From positions 67-64,066 of the forward strand of contig JBAXCX010000001.1 in assembly GCA_037141255.1 (NCBI GenBank): DNA of 64,000 nt, written 5' to 3'. The DNA comes from Actinomycetes bacterium. GTDB lineage: Bacteria; Actinomycetota; Acidimicrobiia; Acidimicrobiales; Microtrichaceae. This document shows positions 1 through 9,789 of this stretch, one piece after another. The number at the start of each line of letters is the position of its first letter. The stretch's first letter is position 1. The position numbers and the translations under genes are program-made. Under the pieces are notes generated by a model that had not been told where the DNA came from, made no database searches, and saw only the letters and a list, made by a program, of their open reading frames with translations.

Positions 1-1058
1 CGAACCTGCAAGGCTGCTTCGCCGAAGCGAATCATTCCAGAAGCCCCAATTGGATTGGTAGACAACACGCCGCCGGAACAGTTAATCGGCAGGTCTCCGT
101 CCATTGCGGTGACGCCGTCATGGGTGAGTTGCCATCCTGTTCCTTCTTCGGCAAAGCCCAAGTTCTCGAGCCACATGGGCTCGTACCAGGAGAACGGCAC
201 ATACATCTCGACTACGTCGATCTGCTCGCGCGGGTTGGTGATTCCCGCCTGACGGTACACATCTGCGGCACAATCCTTGCCGGCCTGAGGCGAAACCTGA
301 TCCCGACCTGCGGCCATGGCTGGTTCGGAGCGGAACGAGGTTCCATGTACCCATGCCGGAGGACGACCCTCGGCCGCAGCGGCATCGCCGCCGGCCTCAT
401 TGGTGAGAATGAGCGCAATTGCACCGTCGGAAGAAGGGCAGGTCTCTGAGTAGCGGATTGGGTCCCACAACATGAGAGAATCCTTGACTGACTCATAAGA
501 AATGTCGTGCTCATGGAGATGCGCGTATGGGTTCTTCAGTGCATTCTGACGGTCCTTGAGCGCAACGAGCACGCCAGTGTCGTCCGGCGCATTGGAGCGA
601 GCGATGTACTGGCGAATATACGGGGCGAAGTAACCACCGGCACCCGCAACAAGCTGCTGCTGGAACGGCATGTTAAAGCTCAGTGCCCACATGGCCTCGG
701 AGCAGCTCTGCATCTCCCAGCCGATGGTAAGCACTCGCTCGTGCACTCCGGACTCGATCAAGCCCGAGGCAACGATTGCCGTCGAACCAGAGACGGATCC
801 AGCAGTGTGTACCCGAAAGATCGGCTTACCTACGGCTCCGAGAGCCTCAACAAATGAGTACTCGGGAACCATGATTCCCTCGAAGAAGTCGGGGGCCTTT
901 CCGATCACGATGGCATCAATATCTGCCAAGGTCATCTGCGCGTCTTCGAGCGCACGGAAGGTTGCTTCACGCAACAGACCCGGAAGTGACACGTCGCCGC
1001 GCACCGCTGTGTATTTCGTTTGGCCGACACCTACGACGGCTACTCGTTCTGCGCCCAT
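1..1058 (-). CDS. ltp3: Thiolase-fold lipid-transfer/aldolase protein, Ltp3-like (partial; runs off the left edge)
   Basis: Not in the ORF track. Translated by hand from ATG 1058: MGAERVAVVGVGQTKYTAVRGDVSLPGLLREA...VIGKAPDFFEGIMVPE...GKPIFRVHTAGSV, very similar to mycobacterial Ltp3. Starts 2 nt after the ltp4-like stop. Confidence 0.8.
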   Translation of the reverse strand, partial: MGAERVAVVGVGQTKYTAVRGDVSLPGLLREATFRALEDAQMTLADIDAIVIGKAPDFFEGIMVPEYSFVEALGAVGKPIFRVHTAGSVSGSTAIVASGLIESGVHERVLTIGWEMQSCSEAMWALSFNMPFQQQLVAGAGGYFAPYIRQYIARSNAPDDTGVLVALKDRQNALKNPYAHLHEHDISYESVKDSLMLWDPIRYSETCPSSDGAIALILTNEAGGDAAAAEGRPPAWVHGTSFRSEPAMAAGRDQVSPQAGKDCAADVYRQAGITNPREQIDVVEMYVPFSWYEPMWLENLGFAEEGTGWQLTHDGVTAMDGDLPINCSGGVLSTNPIGASGMIRFGEAALQV

Positions 1059-1060
1059 AA

Positions 1061-2119
1061 TCAGCCCTCGCCTTCTAGAACTGCGATCAGATTGTGCTGG
1101 AGTGCATGCCCGCCGGTTGCATGGGCAACCCCTCGAGACACTTCTCCGGAATGGATACGATTTGCTACTTCAACCATGCGGATTAGGCCAGCGGCCATCA
1201 TCGGGTTTGCCGCAAGTGGCCCTCCTGAAGGATTGACCTCTACGTCATCTCCTAGACCCAAAGCTGAGCGCAGAATCGGCTCGTGATGGGTAAAGCAGGT
1301 ATGCAACTCGGCAATCTCGACTGGCCCATTTGCCAGGCCGGCCTTTTCGGCAGCGATCCGGACAGAGGGTGAAGTGGTTAGGTCACGGAAGTTCAGATGA
1401 TGACCATCTGCTCGGTGATCGATACCGCGAATCCAAGCCGGACGTGAACACAACGACCGAGCCTTATCTCCTGCGGCCAACACGATTGCAACACCGCCGT
1501 CAGTAATTGGAGCGCAATCGTGACGCCTCAGCGGGTCAGCAAGATACTCCTCATCCATGAGCGCTGAAGGCTGTGCCGAGGTAGTGAGTTGCGCAAATGG
1601 ATTGGCGGCGGCCGAGGTACGGCTGCGGTAGGCAATGTCTGCCATAGCCTGCTCGCTCGTCACCCCTGCCTGAATTGCGGCTCGCGCCTGAAGTGCTGCG
1701 ATATCCACCGAGGTAGGCCACAGCGGTGCCTCGTAATAGGGGTCGGTCATGCGTGACAGCACCCGTGGCAAGTCACCCGGTGATGACTTGCCATAGCTAT
1801 ACACCAGCGCCGTATCGGCGTGGCCTGTTTGAATTTTTACCCAGGCCTCATACAGCGCCCAAGCCCCATCCATTTCGACGTGTGACTCCGAAATTGGTGG
1901 CCAAGCACCAACAGCGTCCAAGGTCATCACAAAGCTGAAGGGCTGACCAGCGAGATAGTCCGAGCTACCAGAACAGGTGAAGTCAAAGTCATGACGTCCC
2001 AATCCGGAACGTTCAATCACCTCTTGAATCACAGGCTGAATCAGTTCCACCTCGTTGACAGCAGTAGCGGAGCGAACATGTTTGGTTTGGGCAGTGGCAA
2101 TAATTGCAACGTCTCTCAC
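1061..2119 (-). CDS. ltp4: Thiolase-fold lipid-transfer/aldolase protein, Ltp4-like
   Basis: CSGSSDYLAGQPFSFV, ESHVEMDGAWALYEAW, NPSGGPLAANPMMAAGLIR. Synteny with DUF35 genes and ltp3. Confidence 0.8.
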   Translation of the reverse strand: MRDVAIIATAQTKHVRSATAVNEVELIQPVIQEVIERSGLGRHDFDFTCSGSSDYLAGQPFSFVMTLDAVGAWPPISESHVEMDGAWALYEAWVKIQTGHADTALVYSYGKSSPGDLPRVLSRMTDPYYEAPLWPTSVDIAALQARAAIQAGVTSEQAMADIAYRSRTSAAANPFAQLTTSAQPSALMDEEYLADPLRRHDCAPITDGGVAIVLAAGDKARSLCSRPAWIRGIDHRADGHHLNFRDLTTSPSVRIAAEKAGLANGPVEIAELHTCFTHHEPILRSALGLGDDVEVNPSGGPLAANPMMAAGLIRMVEVANRIHSGEVSRGVAHATGGHALQHNLIAVLEGEG

Positions 2120-2129
2120 AGCAGCATCC

Positions 2130-2717
2130 TCAGACGTAGTCGGCTAGTTCGGAGGCGGGGACATCTGGCTCACCATTTGGCGCCCACCATTTGATGTTTT
2201 CAAAACTCGTCGTCATCTCGGAGTATTCGACCCAGACTGACTTCAATCGAAGCCCTGGCTGGACCTCGTTATAGGGAATCTCCCGCACAAGCCCGTAAAT
2301 GGGAATATCCGAGCCGTCAACGAGAATCAGCGCAGAGACATAGGGAATCTCTTGAGCGTTACCGGTGAAGTCAAGGTTGACTACGCAGAAACTCACCACT
2401 GTTCCATCCAAGCCAAGATCGACCTGTTCGGTGGTAGGCAAGCCAGATACCGGGGAGACGCCGCGTGGTGGGATATACACCTTGCCGGTCTCGGAGCAAC
2501 GCTCGCCCACCAGGCGCTTTTCTTTGATGGCTCGCAGAAAGCGTGTGGTTGCAAGGCCGGGCGTGTAGTCATAGGTAAGCGAAGCAAAGGCTCGCACGCT
2601 GCGCACTGACTCAACCGAGGCAATCTCTTCGATTGCAGACATGTCAACTTCGGGCTGTGACCAGACTCCCTCGGGAATCTCGATTGGTGCTGGTTCTGAT
2701 GATGCGGTGTCAGTCAT
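2130..2717 (-). CDS. Zn-ribbon/OB-fold (DUF35) protein
   Basis: FLRAIKEKRLVGERCSETGKVYIPPR, GTVVSFCVV, PYVSALILVDGSD; adjacent to thiolase-fold genes. Confidence 0.85.
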   Translation of the reverse strand: MTDTASSEPAPIEIPEGVWSQPEVDMSAIEEIASVESVRSVRAFASLTYDYTPGLATTRFLRAIKEKRLVGERCSETGKVYIPPRGVSPVSGLPTTEQVDLGLDGTVVSFCVVNLDFTGNAQEIPYVSALILVDGSDIPIYGLVREIPYNEVQPGLRLKSVWVEYSEMTTSFENIKWWAPNGEPDVPASELADYV

Positions 2718-2728
2718 AGTGGTTCCCT

Positions 2729-3190
2729 TCAGCTCACAGGCTCGAAACAGAGCAGGTCATCCATTGATCCGATTCGTTCCTCTGCGAACTTGGCTCGCAC
2801 TCGCAGTCCCGTGACCATCACATCGTGCGGGGCATCAACGGCATGCATCATCGGTGTGTCGGCACCGTCGAGTTTGACCATGGCCCAAGCAAAGGGATGA
2901 TCCAGAGGTTGGCCATCACGAACGGATTTGTTCCAAGACCAGAACAGCACCTCACCCTCGGAGCCAACCGGAACCAACTTGGTAAGGGATGCACCCGAGG
3001 CAGGGTCGTATTCGACGGGCGGGCAGAGCACCTTGCCTCGGTCATCTTCGATGCCAATAAAGCGACCCTCACGAAGAGCCGTCAGGAAGGCTCCAATTAC
3101 GGGACCGGTGGTTCGCTTGAAGGGATACTCCAAAACGAGTGGTGCGCGTAGGACGTCCTCTTCCCCGCTGGTGGTCGCTTCTTCGGGCAT
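2729..3190 (-). CDS. OB-fold (DUF35) protein with degenerate Zn ribbon
   Basis: YPFKRTTGPVIGAFLTALREG, VLCPPVEYDP, PLDHPFAWAMVKLDGADT. Confidence 0.85.
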   Translation of the reverse strand: MPEEATTSGEEDVLRAPLVLEYPFKRTTGPVIGAFLTALREGRFIGIEDDRGKVLCPPVEYDPASGASLTKLVPVGSEGEVLFWSWNKSVRDGQPLDHPFAWAMVKLDGADTPMMHAVDAPHDVMVTGLRVRAKFAEERIGSMDDLLCFEPVS

Positions 3191-3241
3191 CTGACCCCCT
3201 GTACATGTGCCCCCGGACCACCCGGGGTGCGAAACGTGAGA

Positions 3242-3961
3242 CTAGAACAGGTTCTTGTTTTTTGCAGATCGGGTGGACAAGAAATTATCAAGCAGGCGGG
3301 CTGCACGCTCTCGACTGCCATGCTCATGCAGATCCGCCTCGACGAGGAGAGTCTGAGGATCAACGCCAAGGTCTTCGAGTTGATCGAGATCATCGACAAA
3401 CCATTCCTCGAGGACTGAGCGATTGACTTCGGGGTGGAATTGAACCGCCAGATTCCTCCGCAGTAAGAAAGCCTGCGGGCCAGCGCTTGAAGAAGCCAGC
3501 GCCTGAGCACCTCGGGGTACCTCAAAACAATCAAGGTGCCACTGCATCCAAGGGCCGGAATCAATTTCGACACTGCGCCCAGACTCGGCAACTGATTCGA
3601 CACTCAGCCAGCCAATCTCGGGGGTATGCCCTGCTGCAACTCCTCCACCATGAGCAGCAGACAGAAGTTGTCCGCCGAAACACATGCCCAAAACAGCTAC
3701 TCCAGCGGCATCGGCTTGGCGGAGGAACTCCAACTCAGGGGTGACCCAATGAGCTACTGCTTCTTCGTAGACAGACCATCGCGAGCCGTATACAAAAATC
3801 AGATCAAACTCTGCGGGGTTGGGAAACTCTGCATTTCCGGCCGGAGATCCAGCTTGCAGACAAACCTGATGCTGCACCGAATCGATACCGCGATCGCTCA
3901 CGAGCTCACCGATTACCCCGGGGGACGAGTTGGCATCGTGATGAACATGAAGCGCCTTCAC
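3242..3961 (-). CDS. Class I glutamine amidotransferase-like protein
   Basis: Nucleophile LGMCFGGQ and QFHPE motif. Start moved to GTG 3961 (MKALHVHH) to avoid overlap with mftF. Confidence 0.85.
   Translation of the reverse strand: MKALHVHHDANSSPGVIGELVSDRGIDSVQHQVCLQAGSPAGNAEFPNPAEFDLIFVYGSRWSVYEEAVAHWVTPELEFLRQADAAGVAVLGMCFGGQLLSAAHGGGVAAGHTPEIGWLSVESVAESGRSVEIDSGPWMQWHLDCFEVPRGAQALASSSAGPQAFLLRRNLAVQFHPEVNRSVLEEWFVDDLDQLEDLGVDPQTLLVEADLHEHGSRERAARLLDNFLSTRSAKNKNLF
3243..3256. promoter_or_regulatory. KstR-type operator (1 mismatch) upstream of the DUF35-ltp operon
   Basis: TAGAACAGGTTCTT versus the KstR consensus TnnAACnnGTTnnA; overlaps a minus-strand TAGTCT -10-like hexamer. Confidence 0.7.
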
Positions 3962-4043
3962 AGCCCCAGAGTGTTGCCGATCTGCGGGGGCTCTTGCAGG
4001 TCGGCCGGCCCTTACCGTTGCCAACTCGGATGTTTCTGGTCGA

Positions 4044-5576
4044 CTATCGACCAGAAACATCCGAGTTGGCCGTATGCGGGCGGGTGATTGTGGGCAACAG
4101 GGCCCGCAGGGAGCGCTCGCGGAGGCATCCAAGCCAGACACCCGCACCGTAAGACATGTCATCCAAAAGCCCGAGCCCCACAAACTGAAGCGCTTCAGAA
4201 AGCGAGGAAGCCCGAGAGGGGTGTTTGGTCCCAGACAACTCTGACAACTCAGACAACTCAGAGCGTTGGTCTCGCAGCGAATCGAGGGCCGTGACCACCA
4301 CTGCCGCAGCTACAGCAGAGCGAGCACGAGAACTCAGCACCGCAGCCGGAACTGCCACCGGCCACCAGACTCGTTGAACGCTGCGAGCGAGCTGCGCACC
4401 AGCACCGAGGTGGCCGCCAATTCCAAGGCGCAAAACCTCGGAAATGGGAACCTCTGGCAACTTCTTGTGCAACATCCACGTGGTGCCAAGTCCAAGCGTT
4501 GCTCCCAAGCCGAGATGGCCCGCAGCCACAAGGCCCCAGACCGCCGCGCTCCAAGGCGAGAGAATCACGGGCGCGACCTTGCCGGGATGAGCCTGATCAA
4601 GCGCAGCGGCCGAGGTTCCGTATGCGACGCGTTGTTGCATCCAGGTTCGCAGGGCTGATCGGGTCTCGTGATACACCACAGATCGAGGGTCGTACCTAAC
4701 TCGGGCGCCTTGTTCCACGAGTCGCCAGATCAGGTCCACATCTTCTCCCACCAACAGTGCTGGGTTAAACCCGCCCGCTTGACGAACCACTTCGGTACGC
4801 ATCAGCACCGCAGCGCTCGGCACATACGACACCCGAGTGCCTGCAGAAACTCGACCAGTTTGTACTCCCAAGTCAAGGGGCGAGCGGTGTGATTCATACA
4901 ACTCAAGCGCAGTCTGGGAACCGACAGCAGTCATTCCTGGCACTGCCGCGATCCGAGGCGCTGCAGCGGCCACGGATGGGTCACCGAGCTGCGAAATCAG
5001 TGGATCTAGCCAACCGGGTGTGACCGAGCAGTCCGAATCCACGAACGCCACGAGTGCAGTTGAAACCTGACCAAGACCCAGATTTCGGGCCTGAGCCGGA
5101 CCGGCAGACTCCTCGCACCGAATCACTTGAATCGACGGTAATCGCCGATCAGCAATCTGGACCTCGAACGGCTCTGCAGACCCATCATCGACAATGATGA
5201 TCTCTACGAGATGTGCAACTCCTGTGCCAGCAGCAGTCGCGAGGGATGCCAACAAGCGCTCCACGCCAGCCGCGCGATCACGCACCGGCACCACCAGTGT
5301 TACCTCTTCCGAAGGCCAAGCCCCAGCGAGCAGGTCTGGCTCGGGGTGTACGACTCCCGCGTCGATCCAGCGTGAGATGAGTGCCGACTCAGCGGTGCTC
5401 GCAAAAAATGGGGCTCGTGATTCGAGGCGATCCATAAGCGCTGCGCCGGCCGGAGTCAGCGAGAAGAACCGAATGGGAGAACCGCCGAGCAAGAGCTTGC
5501 CACGGTGACCAAAGCGTCGCACCGAAGGGTCACAAGCAAAAGCTGGAACGCTCTGCGCCGACGGAGCTTGAGTCAC
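4044..5576 (-). CDS. mftF: Mycofactocin glycosyltransferase MftF (GT2)
   Basis: LLLGGSPIRF N-terminus, IIVDDGS, FVDSD, YESHRSPLDLG, VSYVPSAA, GEDVDLIWRL, YGTSAAAL, DDMSYGAGVW; cluster context. Confidence 0.92.
   Translation of the reverse strand: MTQAPSAQSVPAFACDPSVRRFGHRGKLLLGGSPIRFFSLTPAGAALMDRLESRAPFFASTAESALISRWIDAGVVHPEPDLLAGAWPSEEVTLVVPVRDRAAGVERLLASLATAAGTGVAHLVEIIIVDDGSAEPFEVQIADRRLPSIQVIRCEESAGPAQARNLGLGQVSTALVAFVDSDCSVTPGWLDPLISQLGDPSVAAAAPRIAAVPGMTAVGSQTALELYESHRSPLDLGVQTGRVSAGTRVSYVPSAAVLMRTEVVRQAGGFNPALLVGEDVDLIWRLVEQGARVRYDPRSVVYHETRSALRTWMQQRVAYGTSAAALDQAHPGKVAPVILSPWSAAVWGLVAAGHLGLGATLGLGTTWMLHKKLPEVPISEVLRLGIGGHLGAGAQLARSVQRVWWPVAVPAAVLSSRARSAVAAAVVVTALDSLRDQRSELSELSELSGTKHPSRASSLSEALQFVGLGLLDDMSYGAGVWLGCLRERSLRALLPTITRPHTANSDVSGR
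4232..4258. repeat. 3 x 9-nt in-frame tandem repeat in mftF (SELSELSEL)
   Basis: cagacaact/ctgacaact/cagacaact. Confidence 0.7.
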
Positions 5577-6277
5577 GATTCTCTTTGCCCGCGCCAGTCA
5601 GCAACGAAGCCTTGCAGGTCGAAAAGCAGCTCAGCACATACCCGAGCGCCTTCCTCTGCAGTTGCATCACGGGGGTCGCCGAGCACACCATTAGGCGTGA
5701 TGGCTGCCAGGCCTTCGGTGAGAACCTTCGGTGCAATGTCTCGCCAGCGATCGGTGCTACCAACCTCAAGGCGTTCCGTGCGAACGCAGGCAGGATCGAG
5801 ATGTAGCAAGATGGATGTCTCGGTTCTTCCGGCATGGGAGTCGCCACCGGCGACTTGGGGGTTCCACACTGCAGCATCACGAGACTCAAGTCTGAGTTTC
5901 GTAATCGCGGCGGCCACGGCAGCGATGTTTCCGCCATGGCCGTTCACGAAGAGCACCGCAGCAAAGGGCCCAACCCCGGTCGAGGGCAAGGCAGAACGAA
6001 CAAGTTCAATGATGACCGACTCCAGCACTGCGCTACCGATCGATAGCGTGCCGGCAAACCCCTGATGCTCCCCCGAGGCTGCGATGGTTACCGGTGGGGC
6101 AATCACGAGACCCGGACGTAACTGAGCAAGTTGATCAGAGAGCCAACTTGCGATTCGTTGGTCAGTGTCAACGGGTAGGTGCGGACCATGCTGCTCACAA
6201 CTTCCGAGAGGTACCACGAGCAGCGAATCTGGTGGCACCTCAGGCCATGCAAGTTGCGCCAAATAGGTGGCAGCCAT
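5573..6277 (-). CDS. mftE: Mycofactocin peptidase MftE (creatininase family)
   Basis: PLGSCEQHGPHLPVDTD, ASGEHQGFAGTLSIG, VNGHGGN, DSHAGRTETS, PNGVLGDP. Start ATG 6277, 1 nt after the upstream stop. Confidence 0.92.
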   Translation of the reverse strand: MAATYLAQLAWPEVPPDSLLVVPLGSCEQHGPHLPVDTDQRIASWLSDQLAQLRPGLVIAPPVTIAASGEHQGFAGTLSIGSAVLESVIIELVRSALPSTGVGPFAAVLFVNGHGGNIAAVAAAITKLRLESRDAAVWNPQVAGGDSHAGRTETSILLHLDPACVRTERLEVGSTDRWRDIAPKVLTEGLAAITPNGVLGDPRDATAEEGARVCAELLFDLQGFVADWRGQRES

Positions 6278-6278
6278 C

Positions 6279-7166
6279 TCAGGCCGGAGGGGTTTGTTCG
6301 AGGTAGCCCCAAGCAACAAGTTGCGTGAGTACTGCTTCGGCAGCCTGCTCCGGGTCTAACACCAGCGTGCGTGATGCGCTGCTATGAGTCTGAGCCCCCG
6401 TGAGTTCAACAATTCTGCTGAGTGCATCCTCGCCTACTGGCGGCGGTAACACACGAGACCTTGGACGCCAGGGCCGCAGGCGATATATCTCTGCTGCTGC
6501 GATGGGCTGTGAAGAACGGACTTCGATGGTCTTGTTTTTGGCATCAAGGGTTGCAGCAAGTGAGGAGCGGCGAAGGTCAGCGACTGAACCTTCAACAGAA
6601 ACAACAGCCGGGGTGGTAACAATCAAGCGCTCACGACGGCCACCGTCGAGACGACGTGTGGCTTCTAGATGACGCGGCTGAGTTGGTTTCAGCTCAATCA
6701 GCCCGAGGGCCTGCGCAGATCCAAGCTCGTGAGCAAGAAATGCTGGCACCGAACCAGAGCCCCGGTCCGCGCTCACATCTCCACAAATCACGAGTTGTGC
6801 ATCGAGTGCGAGCGGCCTCAGTTCAGCTGCGAGCAGCTCTGCCACTTCTGCACTACTGCGTTGTTCTGCAAGGTCAAGGCGCACCACGCGAGACACACCC
6901 GCGGCGAAGAACTCGTACAGAGACTCCTCGGCATCTGCAGTAGCTGCACACAAGACGGTGACCGAACTTGGCGTTCCTGCTTGGGCCCAGGCCTCGGCAA
7001 TGCGCAACGCAGACTCGACGGCGGCAAAGTCTGAGCTCGAAATCCCCGAACTGCGCGGCCGTATCTCAACAGAACCATGAAGGGGATCAATCTCGGGGCG
7101 AAGCTCAGCCCACTTCACGCAAGCAACAATATTCATCGAGCCTGCGTTCGCCGATGGAGCGTTCAT
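6279..7166 (-). CDS. Electron transfer flavoprotein beta subunit (FixA/EtfB-like), mycofactocin-associated
   Basis: MNIVACVKW, CGDVSADRGSGSVPAFLA, ATRRLDGGRRERL. Start 7166 or 7136. Confidence 0.85.
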   Translation of the reverse strand: MNAPSANAGSMNIVACVKWAELRPEIDPLHGSVEIRPRSSGISSSDFAAVESALRIAEAWAQAGTPSSVTVLCAATADAEESLYEFFAAGVSRVVRLDLAEQRSSAEVAELLAAELRPLALDAQLVICGDVSADRGSGSVPAFLAHELGSAQALGLIELKPTQPRHLEATRRLDGGRRERLIVTTPAVVSVEGSVADLRRSSLAATLDAKNKTIEVRSSQPIAAAEIYRLRPWRPRSRVLPPPVGEDALSRIVELTGAQTHSSASRTLVLDPEQAAEAVLTQLVAWGYLEQTPPA

Positions 7167-7189
7167 GAACCTGTCTTCACCTTCGGGAA

Positions 7190-7489
7190 TCATGAGGCAT
7201 GAAACACAACGCCATGGCCGCCCTCGGGGTAGGACCAGGTGATTGCGCCCTCTTCGTTGCACACCATGTAGCAGGTGCCGCACTCAAAGCAGAGTTCGTA
7301 GTTGAACAAAATCCCGCCATCAGCAGTCGGGACGAACAGATTCGCAGGACAGGCCGTGATACAGCCCCGAGTTGAACAGTCTGCGCACTTCTCTCCATCC
7401 ACCGTGATGTGAGCCTGTTCATGAACGCGAAACTCAACCGAGCTCATGCGGGATTCAAAGCTGATCTCTGGGTAAGCCTCTGAACTCAT
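7190..7489 (-). CDS. fixX: FixX-like ferredoxin
   Basis: CADCSTRGCITACPA and CFECGTCYMVC...WSYPEGGHGV; 4-nt overlap with fixC. Confidence 0.88.
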   Translation of the reverse strand: MSSEAYPEISFESRMSSVEFRVHEQAHITVDGEKCADCSTRGCITACPANLFVPTADGGILFNYELCFECGTCYMVCNEEGAITWSYPEGGHGVVFHAS

Positions 7490-8784
7490 CCGAACGTCCT
7501 CAGGGCTTTCACTCCTTGAGAGATGGCATCACGCAGCTTGAGATTATTGAGCTTCATCTGAGCCCGAATAATTTTACGCAACCCCGGTTTTGGCTCGGGA
7601 TTGGTCACGGTGAACAGTTGCTCCATCACCCCACAGGCAATTCTCGGCAACTGCTGTTGCGCTAGATCACTCATGATTAAATGCGGTGCCTCTTTCAGTT
7701 TGCGATGGTCCGACAACACGAAGTTCGCATCTAAACGGCGGCGATAGTCCTGCAGGCCGGCGGTCGAACTGTCGCGGCGTTGCACGGCACGAGCGGCGGC
7801 TTGCCCCGCAGCAGCACCCGAGCCAATTGCAAAGTTGACTCCTTCAAGCCAGATCCCTGCAGCCAAACACATCGCAGCGGCATCACCTGCCACGAGGATT
7901 CCGTCACCGATCAGTTCGGGCATCATCTTGTAGCCCGCCTCGGGAATGAGATGCGCTGAGTACTCCTTGACGTCACCGCCCTCAATCAGCGGGGCGATCG
8001 CCGGGTGCACCTTGAGCTCAGCAAGGATCTCTTCTGGGCGGCGACCACACTTGGCGAGTTGGGGCAGGGAGAGTACCAATCCAAGCGCCAGACTCTCGGC
8101 GTTGGTGTACAAAAAACCGCCGCCGGGAACCGTGCCTGTGCAGCCGATAATTTCTATATCTACTCCGTGATTTCCGCGTACGGCAAAGCGCTCATCGATG
8201 ACTTCACGGGGCAGCGCAATGGTCTCTTTCACCCCGAGGGTGTAGTTGGCTGGGTCTGAAGGTGGGTACAGGCCAGCCTCCTTTGCAAGAAACGAGTTCA
8301 CGCCATCACAACAGATCACGACCTCGGCCGTCAGGTTGCCATCAGGTCGATCAGTGCTCACCCCAACCACGCGCTGCCCGTCTCTCAACAGCCCTGTAGC
8401 AGTGGTGGAACAAACCAGAACTGCTCCGGCTTCCTCGGCTTTGGATGCTAGCCAAGCATCAAAATCAGGACGGAATGCCGTTGCACCGTTGTACGGGGCC
8501 TCACCCCAGGCATTGGAACGAAAATCAACAGTGACGGCTTGGCTTGACGTCATCAACATGGTGGAGCGGCGAGTCACCCAGCGCTGGATGGGGGCCTCCT
8601 CCCACCATCGTGGAATCAAGTTGTCGAGCACGCGACCATAAATGACGCCTCCGTACATATTCTTGGATCCCGGAAACGGTCCTCGCTCAAGAAGACACAC
8701 GGACCGGCCGGCTCGCGCTATCTCAAGCGCAGCAGCAGACCCGGCGGGGCCAGCGCCAACCACAATGACATCAAACTCAGGCAT
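7486..8784 (-). CDS. fixC: FixC-like ETF:quinone oxidoreductase (FAD)
   Basis: GAGPAG, LERGPFPGSKNMYGG, GGGFLYTN, EYSAHLIPEAG, VAGDAA. Confidence 0.88.
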   Translation of the reverse strand: MPEFDVIVVGAGPAGSAAALEIARAGRSVCLLERGPFPGSKNMYGGVIYGRVLDNLIPRWWEEAPIQRWVTRRSTMLMTSSQAVTVDFRSNAWGEAPYNGATAFRPDFDAWLASKAEEAGAVLVCSTTATGLLRDGQRVVGVSTDRPDGNLTAEVVICCDGVNSFLAKEAGLYPPSDPANYTLGVKETIALPREVIDERFAVRGNHGVDIEIIGCTGTVPGGGFLYTNAESLALGLVLSLPQLAKCGRRPEEILAELKVHPAIAPLIEGGDVKEYSAHLIPEAGYKMMPELIGDGILVAGDAAAMCLAAGIWLEGVNFAIGSGAAAGQAAARAVQRRDSSTAGLQDYRRRLDANFVLSDHRKLKEAPHLIMSDLAQQQLPRIACGVMEQLFTVTNPEPKPGLRKIIRAQMKLNNLKLRDAISQGVKALRTFG

Positions 8785-9788
8785 CAGACCGGAGCCGTTC
8801 TCTGCGGATCTTGAGAGGAAACTAAGCGAGCCTGGAGAATCTGCAGCGTCTCATTTGCGTCGGCTACCAACGCTAAATCTGCAAGGTCCATCATGGGGCA
8901 ATGTTGGTCCAGATTGATGCTGATGATATGAGCAGGCTGCCCTAATCCGGCGGTGTGCTGCACCGCGCCAGATACGCCGAAGGCTATGTAGAGCTCTGGA
9001 TCTACAACCACTCCGGTGGTGCCAATCTGGCGAGTATGGCCAATCCATCCGCGGTCAGTGATCACTCGCGTAGCTCCGGCGGAGGCATCAAGCAACGCAG
9101 CAACCTGAGCCAACTGATCAAATCGCTCAGCCGAATCGAGACCGGCGCCACCGCCAAGGATTCTCGGCGACTCCGAAAGGTCCATGGTAGAGACATCCGG
9201 TGGGAGCAGTTCGGTCACCTCGGCGTCTCGAATAACTGACTCGGCTGGAGGCGGGGTGACGAACTGCACCTGCGGGCTAGGGCCATGGGGAGGCGCTACA
9301 CCGCGAACTCCCGGTTGCAGAGTGACCACAACCGAGCCCGTCACGAGGTGCTCGGCCAAGACACGACCGCCATAGCGAATGGTAGACACGCTTTGAGCGG
9401 TGATCTCCATGGCACCCGCCAGGAGCGGTCGCTCAAGGGCTGCAGCGATTCGGGGTGCAAGGTCACGTCCATCTGGGGATGCGGGCAGCAGCACCACAGT
9501 CTCGTTACGAAGCAACGGGGCCAAACGTTGCGCCCACTCCCCTGGCGAGAACTCAGGCGTCTCCCAAGCTTGAAGCCAAGTCGCGATTCCAGCGAGTGCT
9601 TCTGCAGCTTCGAGGGCACCTTCACCGACGAGCAATGCGCGGCCCTCAGCCTCGGCCACCACCTCGGCGCCACCGCTTGGAAGAACTCCCGCCCGGATGG
9701 GAACAAGAGCAAGAGTTGCAGACATGTTTGAAAGAGTAATGCTCAACTCGTGATTCTCCCCAAGCACACGGTGAGCAACCCGACTCAT
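8784..9788 (-). CDS. Electron transfer flavoprotein alpha subunit (FixB/EtfA-like), mycofactocin-associated
   Basis: GRDLAPRIAA, GGGAG, GATR, RQIGTTG, YIAFGVSGAVQHTAGL. Alternative start 9726. Confidence 0.9.
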   Translation of the reverse strand: MSRVAHRVLGENHELSITLSNMSATLALVPIRAGVLPSGGAEVVAEAEGRALLVGEGALEAAEALAGIATWLQAWETPEFSPGEWAQRLAPLLRNETVVLLPASPDGRDLAPRIAAALERPLLAGAMEITAQSVSTIRYGGRVLAEHLVTGSVVVTLQPGVRGVAPPHGPSPQVQFVTPPPAESVIRDAEVTELLPPDVSTMDLSESPRILGGGAGLDSAERFDQLAQVAALLDASAGATRVITDRGWIGHTRQIGTTGVVVDPELYIAFGVSGAVQHTAGLGQPAHIISINLDQHCPMMDLADLALVADANETLQILQARLVSSQDPQRTAPV

Positions 9789-9789
9789 C

